This document shows, piece after piece, positions 8,980 to 17,270 of a stretch of 44,938 bases of DNA. The stretch is from Acidimicrobiales bacterium. GTDB lineage: Bacteria; Actinomycetota; Acidimicrobiia; Acidimicrobiales; CADCSY01. The position numbers were made by a program, and so were the translations under genes. Each line of letters starts with the position of its first letter. The first letter of the stretch is position 1. The stretch is from the NCBI GenBank assembly GCA_035553895.1, contig DATMJI010000211.1:1-44938 (forward strand), read 5' to 3'. A model generated the notes under the pieces. It ran no database searches. It was given only the letters and a program-made list of their open reading frames with translations, and was not told where the DNA came from.

Positions 8980-10053
8980 TCAGCCGAGGACCTCCTCGAG
9001 GAGGTGGGTCCAGGCCGAGGCGACGGAGGTGAGCTCGAAGCGGTCCAGGCACCGGCGCCGGGCGGCCGCCACCAGCGCCCCGGGGGCTTCCAGGACCTCC
9101 GTCACCGCCGCAGCCAGGGCCCGCCCGTCCGCGGGAGGTACCAGCCGGCCCGTCTGCCCGTCCACCACCACCTCGGCCACGCCGCCTACGGCGGTGGCCA
9201 CCACGGGGATTCCGCTCAGGCCGGCTTCGATGAGCACGCCGGGCATGCCCTCGCTGCGGCTGGGCAGCACCAGGACATCGGCTGCCGCCAGCACCGATGC
9301 CGGCTCGGCGGCGACGCCGAGGAAGCGGACCCGGCCCGGTGCCACCGCCGCCGCCAGCGCCTCCAGGCCGGCCCGCTCGGGCCCGTCCCCCGCCACCACC
9401 AGCTCGACGCCGTCCAGGTGGACGAGAGCCCGGATGGCGACCCCGACATCCTTCTCGGGGGTGAGGGACCCGACGAAGACGGCCACGGCGCCGCCGGGGG
9501 CCAGAGCCAGCGCCCGGCGGGCGGCGAGGCGGTGGGGTTCTTCCACCAGGGGGAAGCGCCCGGCGGGCACCCCGTTGGGGATGACGTGGATCCTCGACGC
9601 CGGCACCCCGTAGCGGCGGGACAGCTCGCCGGCCGCTCCCGGCCAGAGGGCGGCCACCGCCCGGGCCCGCCGCAGGAGCAGGCCCGCCCGCAGGCGCCGG
9701 CCCGGCGAGGCCGACCAGTACCCGGGGTCCCCGATGTTGCGGTAAACGAAGGGCACCGGGCGTCCCAGCAGCCCGAGGGCGCAGGCCGGCAGGGTGCGGG
9801 ACCCGTGGGCCACGACGACCGCCACCCCGGCGGCCTCCGCCCGCAGGCGCCCGAGGGTGGAGGGGGACAGCGCCCGGGTGCCGAGGTGGGCCACGTCGAG
9901 GGCAGCGCCGTGCCCGCCGGGGACGAGGGCCACGGACCGCACGTCCAGTCCCCGGCCGGTAAGGGCGCGGCCGAGGTCGGTGGCGAACACCTCGGCCCCG
10001 CGCCGCTGGCTGGACGCCAACACCTGGAGCACCGCCGGGTGCGACCCGTGCAC
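8980..10053 (-). CDS. Glycosyltransferase family 4
   Basis: In-frame GTG at 10053 with GGAGGTGGG just upstream (track ORF extends to 10305). Motifs: VLQVLASSQRRGAEVFATDL and SRSEGMPGVLIEAGLSGIPVVATAVGGVAEVV. Confidence 0.85.
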   Translation of the reverse strand: MHGSHPAVLQVLASSQRRGAEVFATDLGRALTGRGLDVRSVALVPGGHGAALDVAHLGTRALSPSTLGRLRAEAAGVAVVVAHGSRTLPACALGLLGRPVPFVYRNIGDPGYWSASPGRRLRAGLLLRRARAVAALWPGAAGELSRRYGVPASRIHVIPNGVPAGRFPLVEEPHRLAARRALALAPGGAVAVFVGSLTPEKDVGVAIRALVHLDGVELVVAGDGPERAGLEALAAAVAPGRVRFLGVAAEPASVLAAADVLVLPSRSEGMPGVLIEAGLSGIPVVATAVGGVAEVVVDGQTGRLVPPADGRALAAAVTEVLEAPGALVAAARRRCLDRFELTSVASAWTHLLEEVLG

Positions 10054-10275
10054 GAACCCACCTCCGGTCGACAGCCCGTCGCTCTTGCTGACCCGGCGTC
10101 GCACTGTACTTCCCGGGCGGGCAGCCACGCCCCGTCGCCCGCCGCCGGCGCCCGGGGCACCTTGCCGCAGTCGGCGGCCAACCCGTACCCTGGCCCGGGC
10201 AGTCGCTCGACGAGATGCCTTCCCACCGGACCCCCCCACGTTCTGGATGCGGAGGCCCGCACACGGAGGAACCCG
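10054..10275. promoter_or_regulatory. Divergent intergenic region (GT4 operon <-> ACAD/adenylation/carrier operon)
   Basis: A 222-nt gap between divergent starts at 10053 (-) and 10276 (+), so it must hold promoters for both operons. No boxes assigned. Confidence 0.3.
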
Positions 10276-11421
10276 GTGGACTTCGGGTGGACCGAGGAAC
10301 AGCAACGCCGCCGCCAGGAGGTCATCGACTTCGCCCGGCGGGAGCTCAACGACGACGTGCGGGAGCGCGACGCCGGCGCCGCCTTCTCGGCCGAGGCGTG
10401 GAAGCGCTGCGCCGGCTTCGGCATCCAGGGCCTTCCCGTCCCTGAGGAGTACGGCGGCCAGGGTGCCGACCCCATCACCATCATGATGACGATGGAGGCG
10501 CTCGGCTACGGCTGCGCCGACAACGGCCTGCTCTTCGGCCTCGGCGCCCAGATGTGGTCGGCCGAGACCCCTTTGGTGCGCTTCGGCACCGAGGAGCAGA
10601 AGCGCCGCTTCCTCCCCGGCCTCTGCGACGGCTCGCTCGTCGGGGTCCAGGCCATGACCGAACCGGAGTCGGGCTCGGACGCCTTCGCCATGTCGACCCT
10701 GGTGGAGCAGCGCGGTGACCGCTACGTCCTGGACGGGACCAAGACCTTCATCACCAACGCCCCGGTGGCCGACGTGATCGTCGTCTTCGCCACCTCGGCG
10801 CCGGGCAGGGGCTTCGGCGGTGCCTCGGCCTTCCTCGTCGAACGAGGCACGCCGGGCCTGGAGATCGGTCCCCCGCTGGCCAAGATGGGCCTACGCACCA
10901 TCCCCATGGGCGAGGTCAGGCTCTCCGGCTGCGAGGTGCCGGCCGAGAACCGGTTGGGACCGGCGGGCGCGGGCCTGGCCATCTTCAACCACTCCATGGA
11001 CTGGGAGCGCAGCTACATCCTGGCCGGCGCTGTCGGCACCATGCAGCGCCAGCTCGACCGCTGCATCAGCCGGGCCCGGGAGCGCCGCCAGTTCGGCCAG
11101 GCCATCGGGAAGTTCCAGGCCGTGGCCCACCGCATCGTCGACATCCACACCAGGGTGCGCACCGGCCGCCTCCTGCTCTACGAGCTGGCTTGGCTGCGCA
11201 CCCAGAAGAAGTCGACCACCGTGGAATCGGCCCTGGCCAAGCTGTGGGTGAGCGAGTCGTTCCTGGCCTCGAGCCTCGACGCCCTGTTCGTCCACGGGGG
11301 TGCGGGCTACCTCACCGAGAACGAGCTCGAACGCGACGTGCGCGATGCGGTGGCCGGCTGCATCTACTCGGGGACCTCGGACATGCAGCGCAACATCATC
11401 GCCGCTCGCCTCGGTCTGTGA
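10276..11421 (+). CDS. Acyl-CoA dehydrogenase family flavoprotein (possibly acting on a carrier-protein thioester)
   Basis: GTG at 10276 after GGAGGA. ACAD-typical blocks: AMTEPESGSDA, TKTFITNAPVADV, RRQFGQAIGKFQAVAHRIVD, and C-terminal IYSGTSDMQRNIIA. Confidence 0.85.
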   Translation: MDFGWTEEQQRRRQEVIDFARRELNDDVRERDAGAAFSAEAWKRCAGFGIQGLPVPEEYGGQGADPITIMMTMEALGYGCADNGLLFGLGAQMWSAETPLVRFGTEEQKRRFLPGLCDGSLVGVQAMTEPESGSDAFAMSTLVEQRGDRYVLDGTKTFITNAPVADVIVVFATSAPGRGFGGASAFLVERGTPGLEIGPPLAKMGLRTIPMGEVRLSGCEVPAENRLGPAGAGLAIFNHSMDWERSYILAGAVGTMQRQLDRCISRARERRQFGQAIGKFQAVAHRIVDIHTRVRTGRLLLYELAWLRTQKKSTTVESALAKLWVSESFLASSLDALFVHGGAGYLTENELERDVRDAVAGCIYSGTSDMQRNIIAARLGL

Positions 11422-13025
11422 GCGCCCACCTGCTGCACCACCTGCTGGACGCCGCCGCCGAGCGCCGGCCCGGCGCCGGCGCCGTGGTCGACCGCCAGCG
11501 CCGCCTCACCTACGCCGAGCTGGCCGGCCGGGCCAACCGGGTGGCCCGCCTGCTGGTGGCGTGCGGCGTGGCGCCGGGCGAGCGGGTCGGCCTGTACCTG
11601 GAGAAGTCGCCCGAGGCCATCGCCGGCCTGTTCGGGGTACTCAAGGCGGGCGCCGCCTACGTGCCGCTGGACCACCACGCCCCGGCCGAGCGCCTCGCCT
11701 ACATCGCCGCCGACTGCGGGATCCGGACCCTGCTCACCACCTCGGCGCAGTTGCCGGCGTGCGGCGAGCTGGTCGCCGCCGGTGCCCCGCTGGAGCGCCT
11801 GGTCGTCCTCGACGCCACGGGTACCGAGGCCGACGGGGACCAGCCGGGCGTCGAGGTGCCGGGAGTGGAGGTGCTGGGCCCGGTGGAGCTGGCCGCCCAG
11901 GAGGCCTCGCCTCCACCGGTCCGGGTCATCGACCTGGACCTGGCCTACATCCTCTACACCTCCGGCTCCACCGGGCGCCCCAAGGGGGTGATGCTGACCC
12001 ACCGCAACGCCTTGACCTTCGTCGAGTGGGCGGTGACCCGCTTCGCCGTGAGCCCCGAGGACCGGCTGTCGAGCCACGCCCCCCTGCACTTCGACCTGTC
12101 CGTCTTCGACGTCTTCGCCGCCTCGGCCGCCGGGGCCGGGCTGTTCCTGGTTCCCCCCGAGGCCTCGGTCCTGCCCCTCGAAGCCGTCCGTTTCATGGCC
12201 GCCCACGAGCTCACGGTGTGGTACTCGGTGCCCTCCATCCTGGTCATGATCGCCCTGCGGGGCGGCCTGGCCGCCGGTGACCTCCCCCGGCTACGGGCCG
12301 TCCTCTTCGCCGGCGAGGTGCTGGCCCCCAAGCACCTGCGCCGGCTCATGGAGCTCCTGCCCCACGCCGACTTCCACAACCTCTACGGCCCGACCGAGAC
12401 CAACGTCTGCACCCACCACCAGGTGCGCCAGCCCCCGGGCGACGGCGACGGCATCCCCATCGGGCGAGCCATCGACCGGGTCGAGGTCTTCGCCCTGACC
12501 GACGACGGGCAACGGGCGGCGCCGGGGCAGGTGGGTGAGCTCTACGTGCGGGGCACGACGGTGATGAGCGGCTACTGGGGCGACCACGACCGCAGTGCCC
12601 AGGTGCTGGTGCCCGACCCGCTGGGCCGCCCGGTCGGGGACCGGGCGTACCGCACCGGCGATCTGGTGCGGGAGGATGCCGGCGGCAATCTCCACTTCCT
12701 CGGCCGGCGCGACGCCCAGATCAAGAGCCGGGGCTACCGCATCGAGCTGGGTGAGATCGAAGCCGCCCTCCACGCCCATCCGGCCGTGCTGGAGTGTGCC
12801 GTGGTGGCCGTCGCCGACGAGCTCGTCACCAACCGCATCACCGCCTACGTGGCCCGGCGCGACGATGTCGGCCGGGACGAGCTGGTGGCCTTCTGTGGCC
12901 GGCGAATTCCGAAGTATATGATCCCCGAGACGTTCGAGTTCCGGGAGAAGCTGCCCAAGACATCGACGGGAAAGATCGACCGCTTGGCCCTGGCGAGGGG
13001 CGAACACGGAACGGATGGGACATGA
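11418..13025 (+). CDS. Stand-alone NRPS-type adenylation enzyme (DltA-like amino-acid--carrier-protein ligase)
   Basis: GTG at 11418 overlaps the ACAD stop (GTGA). Core motifs: LAYILYTSGSTGRPKGV (A3), HFDLSVFDVF (A4), NLYGPTETNV (A5), YRTGDLV (A7), GRRDAQIKSRGYRIELGEIE (A8), PKTSTGKIDR (A10). Confidence 0.9.
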   Translation: MSAHLLHHLLDAAAERRPGAGAVVDRQRRLTYAELAGRANRVARLLVACGVAPGERVGLYLEKSPEAIAGLFGVLKAGAAYVPLDHHAPAERLAYIAADCGIRTLLTTSAQLPACGELVAAGAPLERLVVLDATGTEADGDQPGVEVPGVEVLGPVELAAQEASPPPVRVIDLDLAYILYTSGSTGRPKGVMLTHRNALTFVEWAVTRFAVSPEDRLSSHAPLHFDLSVFDVFAASAAGAGLFLVPPEASVLPLEAVRFMAAHELTVWYSVPSILVMIALRGGLAAGDLPRLRAVLFAGEVLAPKHLRRLMELLPHADFHNLYGPTETNVCTHHQVRQPPGDGDGIPIGRAIDRVEVFALTDDGQRAAPGQVGELYVRGTTVMSGYWGDHDRSAQVLVPDPLGRPVGDRAYRTGDLVREDAGGNLHFLGRRDAQIKSRGYRIELGEIEAALHAHPAVLECAVVAVADELVTNRITAYVARRDDVGRDELVAFCGRRIPKYMIPETFEFREKLPKTSTGKIDRLALARGEHGTDGT

Positions 13026-13276
13026 CGAACGAGGACCGGGTGCGGAACTTCATCCGCACCGACCTGGGCGCCGGGGCTTCGGTGGAGCTCTCCGACGACT
13101 ACCCCCTGATCGAGAACGCGGTGATCGACTCGCTCGGCATCTTCGAGATGGTCCGCTTCATCGAATCGGAGTTCGACGTCGAGGTCGACGACGAGGATCT
13201 GCTCCTCGACAACTTCGCCACCATCGCCGACATCGCCCGCCTGGTCGATGCCAAGCAGGCCCAGCAGGCGACCTGA
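13022..13276 (+). CDS. Acyl/peptidyl carrier protein
   Basis: ATG at 13022 overlaps the upstream stop (ATGA). 84 aa, acidic, with phosphopantetheine-site motif VIDSLGIFEMV. Confidence 0.85.
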   Translation: MTNEDRVRNFIRTDLGAGASVELSDDYPLIENAVIDSLGIFEMVRFIESEFDVEVDDEDLLLDNFATIADIARLVDAKQAQQAT

Positions 13277-13362
13277 GCAGCCCCGCCAAGCGCCTTCCCG
13301 GCCGGTCTGGCCCCAGGAGACCATGGATTGCCGCGGTTCCCGGGAGCCAGAAGCGGCTGGTT

Positions 13363-14250
13363 TCAGACGTCCCAGGCCAGCTCCTGGCCCAGGAGCTCGC
13401 CCAGGCGCCGGTTGTGCGGGCGGAAGTGCTCGATCAGCTCGGCCCGGGTGTCGCCGGCCATGGGCCGGTAGCTACCGGCGTAGAGCCGGGGGTAGCTCGG
13501 GAGGGCGACCTCGGCCAGGCCCAGGAAGGCCAGGACGCCGGCCATGGCCCCGGCCGCTTCCTCGAAGAGATCCTCGCTGCGAACGACGAGGAGCTGGTGG
13601 CGGGGCAGTACGTTCAGGGCTCGCTCCACCCCGTCGGCATAGGCCCCCCGCGCCAGGTAGGAGTACCGGCGGTAGGCGTCGCCCGGGTAGGCCGGATCGG
13701 CCGCCAACCGGTCGAGCTCGCCGGCCAGGCGCTGCGGCTCGGCAGCCAGGGCGTCCTCGAAAGAGAGGGGCTCGGCGCCCTGCTTGCGCACGTGGTGGTA
13801 GTGGGAGTACGCCCGGTCCACGGGGTTGCGGAGCAGGGCGATCAGCCGCACCTCGGGCAGGGTGGCGGCGATGCGCTCGGGCGCCCGGGGGTGGAAGAGG
13901 TAGTCGGTGCTGGCCTCACCGGTGCGTATCCCGCCCCCGCCGGGCCCGGCCCACCTCCCCGGCAGGGCGAGGGGGAACTGGCTGCGGTACCAGCGCAGGC
14001 CACGCTGGTAGTGCCAGTCGAAGAAGTGGAGCTCCTTCTTGCGGGCCTTGGCGATCTCGGGGTGCTGCCCGAGGTAGTTGTACAGTGACGTGGTGCCGCA
14101 CTTCATGGCGCCGGCGATGAGGAAGTCGGGGAGCTGGCGCAGCGGGCTGGTGAGCAACCGCAGCGGGTCCCGTTCCCGGCACTGGCGGCCCAGCGCCCTC
14201 GCCCGGGCCGGTACCCGGCGGGCGGCCCGCTCCACGGCTCCGGGATGCAT
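13363..14250 (-). CDS. Sulfotransferase, heparan-sulfate-type (Sulfotransfer_1-like), class A copy 1
   Basis: C-terminal third of track ORF 13363..15471. Motifs: LPDFLIAGAMKCGTTSLYNYL (5'-PSB P-loop), KELHFFD, WYRSQF, GEASTDY, RLIALLRNPVDRAYSHY (3'-PB). The start is either ATG 14250 or TTG 14157. Confidence 0.8.
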   Translation of the reverse strand: MHPGAVERAARRVPARARALGRQCRERDPLRLLTSPLRQLPDFLIAGAMKCGTTSLYNYLGQHPEIAKARKKELHFFDWHYQRGLRWYRSQFPLALPGRWAGPGGGGIRTGEASTDYLFHPRAPERIAATLPEVRLIALLRNPVDRAYSHYHHVRKQGAEPLSFEDALAAEPQRLAGELDRLAADPAYPGDAYRRYSYLARGAYADGVERALNVLPRHQLLVVRSEDLFEEAAGAMAGVLAFLGLAEVALPSYPRLYAGSYRPMAGDTRAELIEHFRPHNRRLGELLGQELAWDV

Positions 14251-15363
14251 GGCGCCGGCCAGTGTAGATGGACCGGGGCCCTGAAGGTCCTTTACGTCTG
14301 CAAGGCGGTGGACGAATCGAGCCCGGTCCTGGCCAACCAGGTGCGTTGGATCCGGGCCCTGGCCCGCCAGCCCGGGGTGGACGAGGTCCGGGTGCTCACC
14401 CCTCGCCGGGGCCGGGCCGACTTGCCCCCTGGGGTCACCGTGCACCCCTTCGGGTCCCGCCCGCCCCTGCAGGTGGCCCGGGCCAGCGCCCGCTTCTACG
14501 CCCGCCTGGCCCGGGTGGTGCGGGGCGTCGACCTGGCCTTCGTCGCCCAGGGGGGCCACTACCCGGCCCTGCTCCTGCCCTGGAAGCTGGTGTCCCGCCG
14601 GCCCGTCTACCAGTGGAAGGCCATGCCCCACATCTCGGCCCGCATGCGTTTCTACGCCCGCTACTGCGACGACCTCGTCTTCACCGCCACCCCCGGTTCG
14701 TTCCCCCTGGCGGGGGACAGCGTCCGGGTGGTGGGCCACGGGATCGACACCGAGCTGTTCGCGGCGCCACATCCCGGTGCCCCCGCCCCCGGGCGCGACC
14801 TGGTCACCGTCACCCGCATCGCCCCGGTGAAGCGGTTGGAGGAGATGATCCGGGCCGTCGCCGAGGTGCGCCGGCGCTTCGGTCGGGCGCCCGGCCTCGA
14901 CATCGTCGGAGCGTGCGACGCCCGCAGCCAGGACCACCGCCGCCACCTGCTGCAGGTGATCGACGCGCTCGACCTGGGGGCATCGGTCCGCCTGGTCGGC
15001 GCCGTCGAGCAGGCCCGGCTGCCGGCACTGCTCGCCGACTACCGGGCCACGCTCAATTTCGCCGAGACCGCCTTCGACAAGGCGGCGGGCGAGGCCATGG
15101 CCAGTGGGCTCCCCGTGCTCACCACCAACCCCCGGGTGGCCGAGGTCGTCCCGGCCGAGCTCCACCCCGAGTTGGTGCTGGCGGCCGGCGACCCGGTGGC
15201 CCAGGCCGAGGCCATCCACCAGGCGCTGTCGTGGGGAGAGGCGACGCGTACGAGCATCGGCGAACGCCTGCGCCAGGCCGTCGTCGACCACCACAGCCTC
15301 GACGCCCTGTTCGCCAAGATCCTCGCCGCCCACCGCCATCTGGTGGTCCAAAGAGGGCGGTAG
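14245..15363 (+). CDS. Glycosyltransferase (GT4-like GT-B fold)
   Basis: N-terminal LKVLYVCKAVDESSPVLANQV and C-terminal AFDKAAGEAMASGLPVLTTNPRVAEVV. The ATG at 14245 shares the palindrome ATGCAT with the divergent sulfotransferase start. Confidence 0.7.
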   Translation: MHGAGQCRWTGALKVLYVCKAVDESSPVLANQVRWIRALARQPGVDEVRVLTPRRGRADLPPGVTVHPFGSRPPLQVARASARFYARLARVVRGVDLAFVAQGGHYPALLLPWKLVSRRPVYQWKAMPHISARMRFYARYCDDLVFTATPGSFPLAGDSVRVVGHGIDTELFAAPHPGAPAPGRDLVTVTRIAPVKRLEEMIRAVAEVRRRFGRAPGLDIVGACDARSQDHRRHLLQVIDALDLGASVRLVGAVEQARLPALLADYRATLNFAETAFDKAAGEAMASGLPVLTTNPRVAEVVPAELHPELVLAAGDPVAQAEAIHQALSWGEATRTSIGERLRQAVVDHHSLDALFAKILAAHRHLVVQRGR

Positions 15364-15415
15364 CGGTCCCTCTCGACCATCAGATGGGTGTTGGGCTCCG
15401 GTAGCATCGGCGCCC

Positions 15416-16306
15416 GTGCCTGCCCCCACCCGGTCGACCAGTGACCTGGCCACCCGCAACGACGCCATCACCGGTGTGCGGGAAGAGGTCGCCTACCTCG
15501 GTCCCGAGGGTGACGTCCTGGGCTTCACCTATGTGCCCGACGGCGTGGTGCGGGGCGGGGTGGTGCTGTGCCCGTCCCTCCACGCCGAGTTCCTCGGCAA
15601 CTACCGCAAAGAGGTACTTTTGGCCCGGGACCTGGCGGCGGCCGGTCTCGCCGTCCAGCGCTTCCACCACCGCGGCGAGGGCAACAGCCTGGGGGCACCC
15701 GAAGACGTCACCTTCGAGCGCCTCTGCGCCGACGCCACGGTGGCCGGCGACCGGCTGCGGGAACGGACGGGCGTCGACCAGCTGGCCTTCCTCGGGACCC
15801 GGCTCGGCGCCCTGGTGGCGGCGGCCACGTCGAGCGGTCCCCTCGTGCTCTGGGAGCCGGTGCTCGACGCCCGGACCTACTTCCGGGAGGCCTTTCGGGC
15901 CCGGCGGATGCGGGAGCTCAAGGACGGGGTGGCGGAGCCGTCGTCGGCCCCCTCCCTCGAGGCCCAGCTGAGCGACGAGGGTTCGGTGGACGTGCTCGGC
16001 TACACCATCCATCGCTCGCTCTTCGAGAGCTTGCGCCCCCAACACCTGGCGATCGGCGACGTCCCCCGCCCGGTGCTGATCGTCCAGATCGCCAAGCGGG
16101 CAGAGTTGCGCAGGGAGTACACGGCGGCGGCCGAAGCGTGGCGCAGTGCCGGGTGCCCGGTCGACACCGCGGTGGTCGACGACGACGAGTCGTGGTGGTT
16201 CGTCGGCGAGGACTGGCAGCCGGAGGAGCGCCGGTCCGGCACGGCCACCCTGGTGGCCGAGACCCGGAGGTGGCTGCTCGGGCACTACGGAGGGACAGCG
16301 GCATGA
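15416..16306 (+). CDS. Alpha/beta-hydrolase-fold protein (resembles exosortase-A-system-associated 'hydrolase 2' type)
   Basis: First in-frame GTG after the upstream stop (track ORF 15104..16306). Blocks: GGVVLCPSLHAEFLGNYRK, FHHRGEGNS, LAFLGTRLGALVAAA (nucleophile-elbow position). The start is uncertain (alternative GTG 15476). Confidence 0.6.
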   Translation: MPAPTRSTSDLATRNDAITGVREEVAYLGPEGDVLGFTYVPDGVVRGGVVLCPSLHAEFLGNYRKEVLLARDLAAAGLAVQRFHHRGEGNSLGAPEDVTFERLCADATVAGDRLRERTGVDQLAFLGTRLGALVAAATSSGPLVLWEPVLDARTYFREAFRARRMRELKDGVAEPSSAPSLEAQLSDEGSVDVLGYTIHRSLFESLRPQHLAIGDVPRPVLIVQIAKRAELRREYTAAAEAWRSAGCPVDTAVVDDDESWWFVGEDWQPEERRSGTATLVAETRRWLLGHYGGTAA

Positions 16307-17265
16307 ACGCCACGGCGCTGACCACCGCGGTGGAGCACATCCCCGTGTTCTTCCCGGCCGGGACCGAGACCCTCTTCGGCGTCTACACCCGCCCGGTCCA
16401 CTCGCCCCGTGATGTCGCCGTCCTCATCTCCTCGGGGGGGCTCACGGGAACCTCCACCGTCGGGCGCAACCAGATGTTCGTGCGCCTGGCGCAGCGCCTG
16501 GCCGCCGACGGATTCCCGGCCCTGCGCTTCGACTACCACGGCATCGGCGAGAGCACCGGCGTGCTGGACGAGTTCCGCCTCGATGCCGCCGAGCCCTTCG
16601 TGGACGACATCGTGGGCGCGGGTCGCCGTGTTCACGACCTCGGCGCGCGGCGCCAGGTGCTCCTGGGCAAGTGTTTCGGCTCCCGCATGGCCCTGTCGGC
16701 GGCGGCGGCGCTCGACCACCTCGACGCCGTGGTACTCATCGGCGCCCCGGTGCGAGACTTCGGCAAGGGGGAGCGGGCTGTGACCCGCCTGGCCGACCAG
16801 GTGAGCATCTGGGACGGGATCCGGCGGGTCCTGCGCCCGGCGTTCCTGCGGGGCCTGACGGACCAGCGCCGGCGCAAGACCCTGGTGCGGGCGGCCCGGG
16901 CCAAGGCCCGGGCCCTCTCGAGTCGCATCCCCGGGCAGGCCACCCCCGCCGCCCGCCAGTCGAGCGACGGGGTGAGCCGGCGCTTCATCGAGCCCCTGGA
17001 GGCGCTGATGGCGCGGGGGGTGCCCGTCCAGTTGATCTACGGGCGAGACGACGACTTCTACCGGGAGTTCCTCGCCGCCAGCCAGCGGGGGCGCCTGGCC
17101 CGCCTCCTGGCCGAGCACGCCGGCCTCGTGGAGATCACGGTGACGCCCGGCCAGGTCCGCGGCTTCGTCCAGTGCGAGGTCCAAGACGCCATCATCGACG
17201 CCGCCTGCACCTGGATCGCCCGGCGGTCGGGCGAGGGGGCCCACCCGGCGCCGGCCGGGACCTGA
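16303..17265 (+). CDS. Alpha/beta-hydrolase-fold protein with Cys at the nucleophile elbow (resembles exosortase-A-associated 'hydrolase 1' type)
   Basis: ATG at 16303 overlaps the upstream stop (ATGA). Blocks: VAVLISSGG, LRFDYHGIGES, LLGKCFGSRMAL (GxCxG instead of GxSxG). Confidence 0.65.
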   Translation: MNATALTTAVEHIPVFFPAGTETLFGVYTRPVHSPRDVAVLISSGGLTGTSTVGRNQMFVRLAQRLAADGFPALRFDYHGIGESTGVLDEFRLDAAEPFVDDIVGAGRRVHDLGARRQVLLGKCFGSRMALSAAAALDHLDAVVLIGAPVRDFGKGERAVTRLADQVSIWDGIRRVLRPAFLRGLTDQRRRKTLVRAARAKARALSSRIPGQATPAARQSSDGVSRRFIEPLEALMARGVPVQLIYGRDDDFYREFLAASQRGRLARLLAEHAGLVEITVTPGQVRGFVQCEVQDAIIDAACTWIARRSGEGAHPAPAGT

Positions 17266-17270
17266 GACCG

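Noticed and set aside
2829-13276. Plt/Clo-type pyrrole cassette idea: Pro-adenylation + PCP + ACAD making pyrrolyl-S-carrier, then halogenation by the two halogenase-like enzymes
   Set aside because: The gene content matches superficially. However, the A-domain pocket start (FDLSVFD) looks DltA-like rather than Pro-type (D-V-..-Q, from memory). The two gene sets are 4.7 kb apart and separated by an opposite-strand GT/Wzy operon. I keep it only as a low-probability alternative. The full specificity code would settle it.
14251-15471. N-terminal 407 aa of the 702-aa track ORF 13363..15471
   Set aside because: Only the last 295 aa or so show the sulfotransferase motif series. The upstream part is antisense to a motif-bearing glycosyltransferase and is low-complexity.
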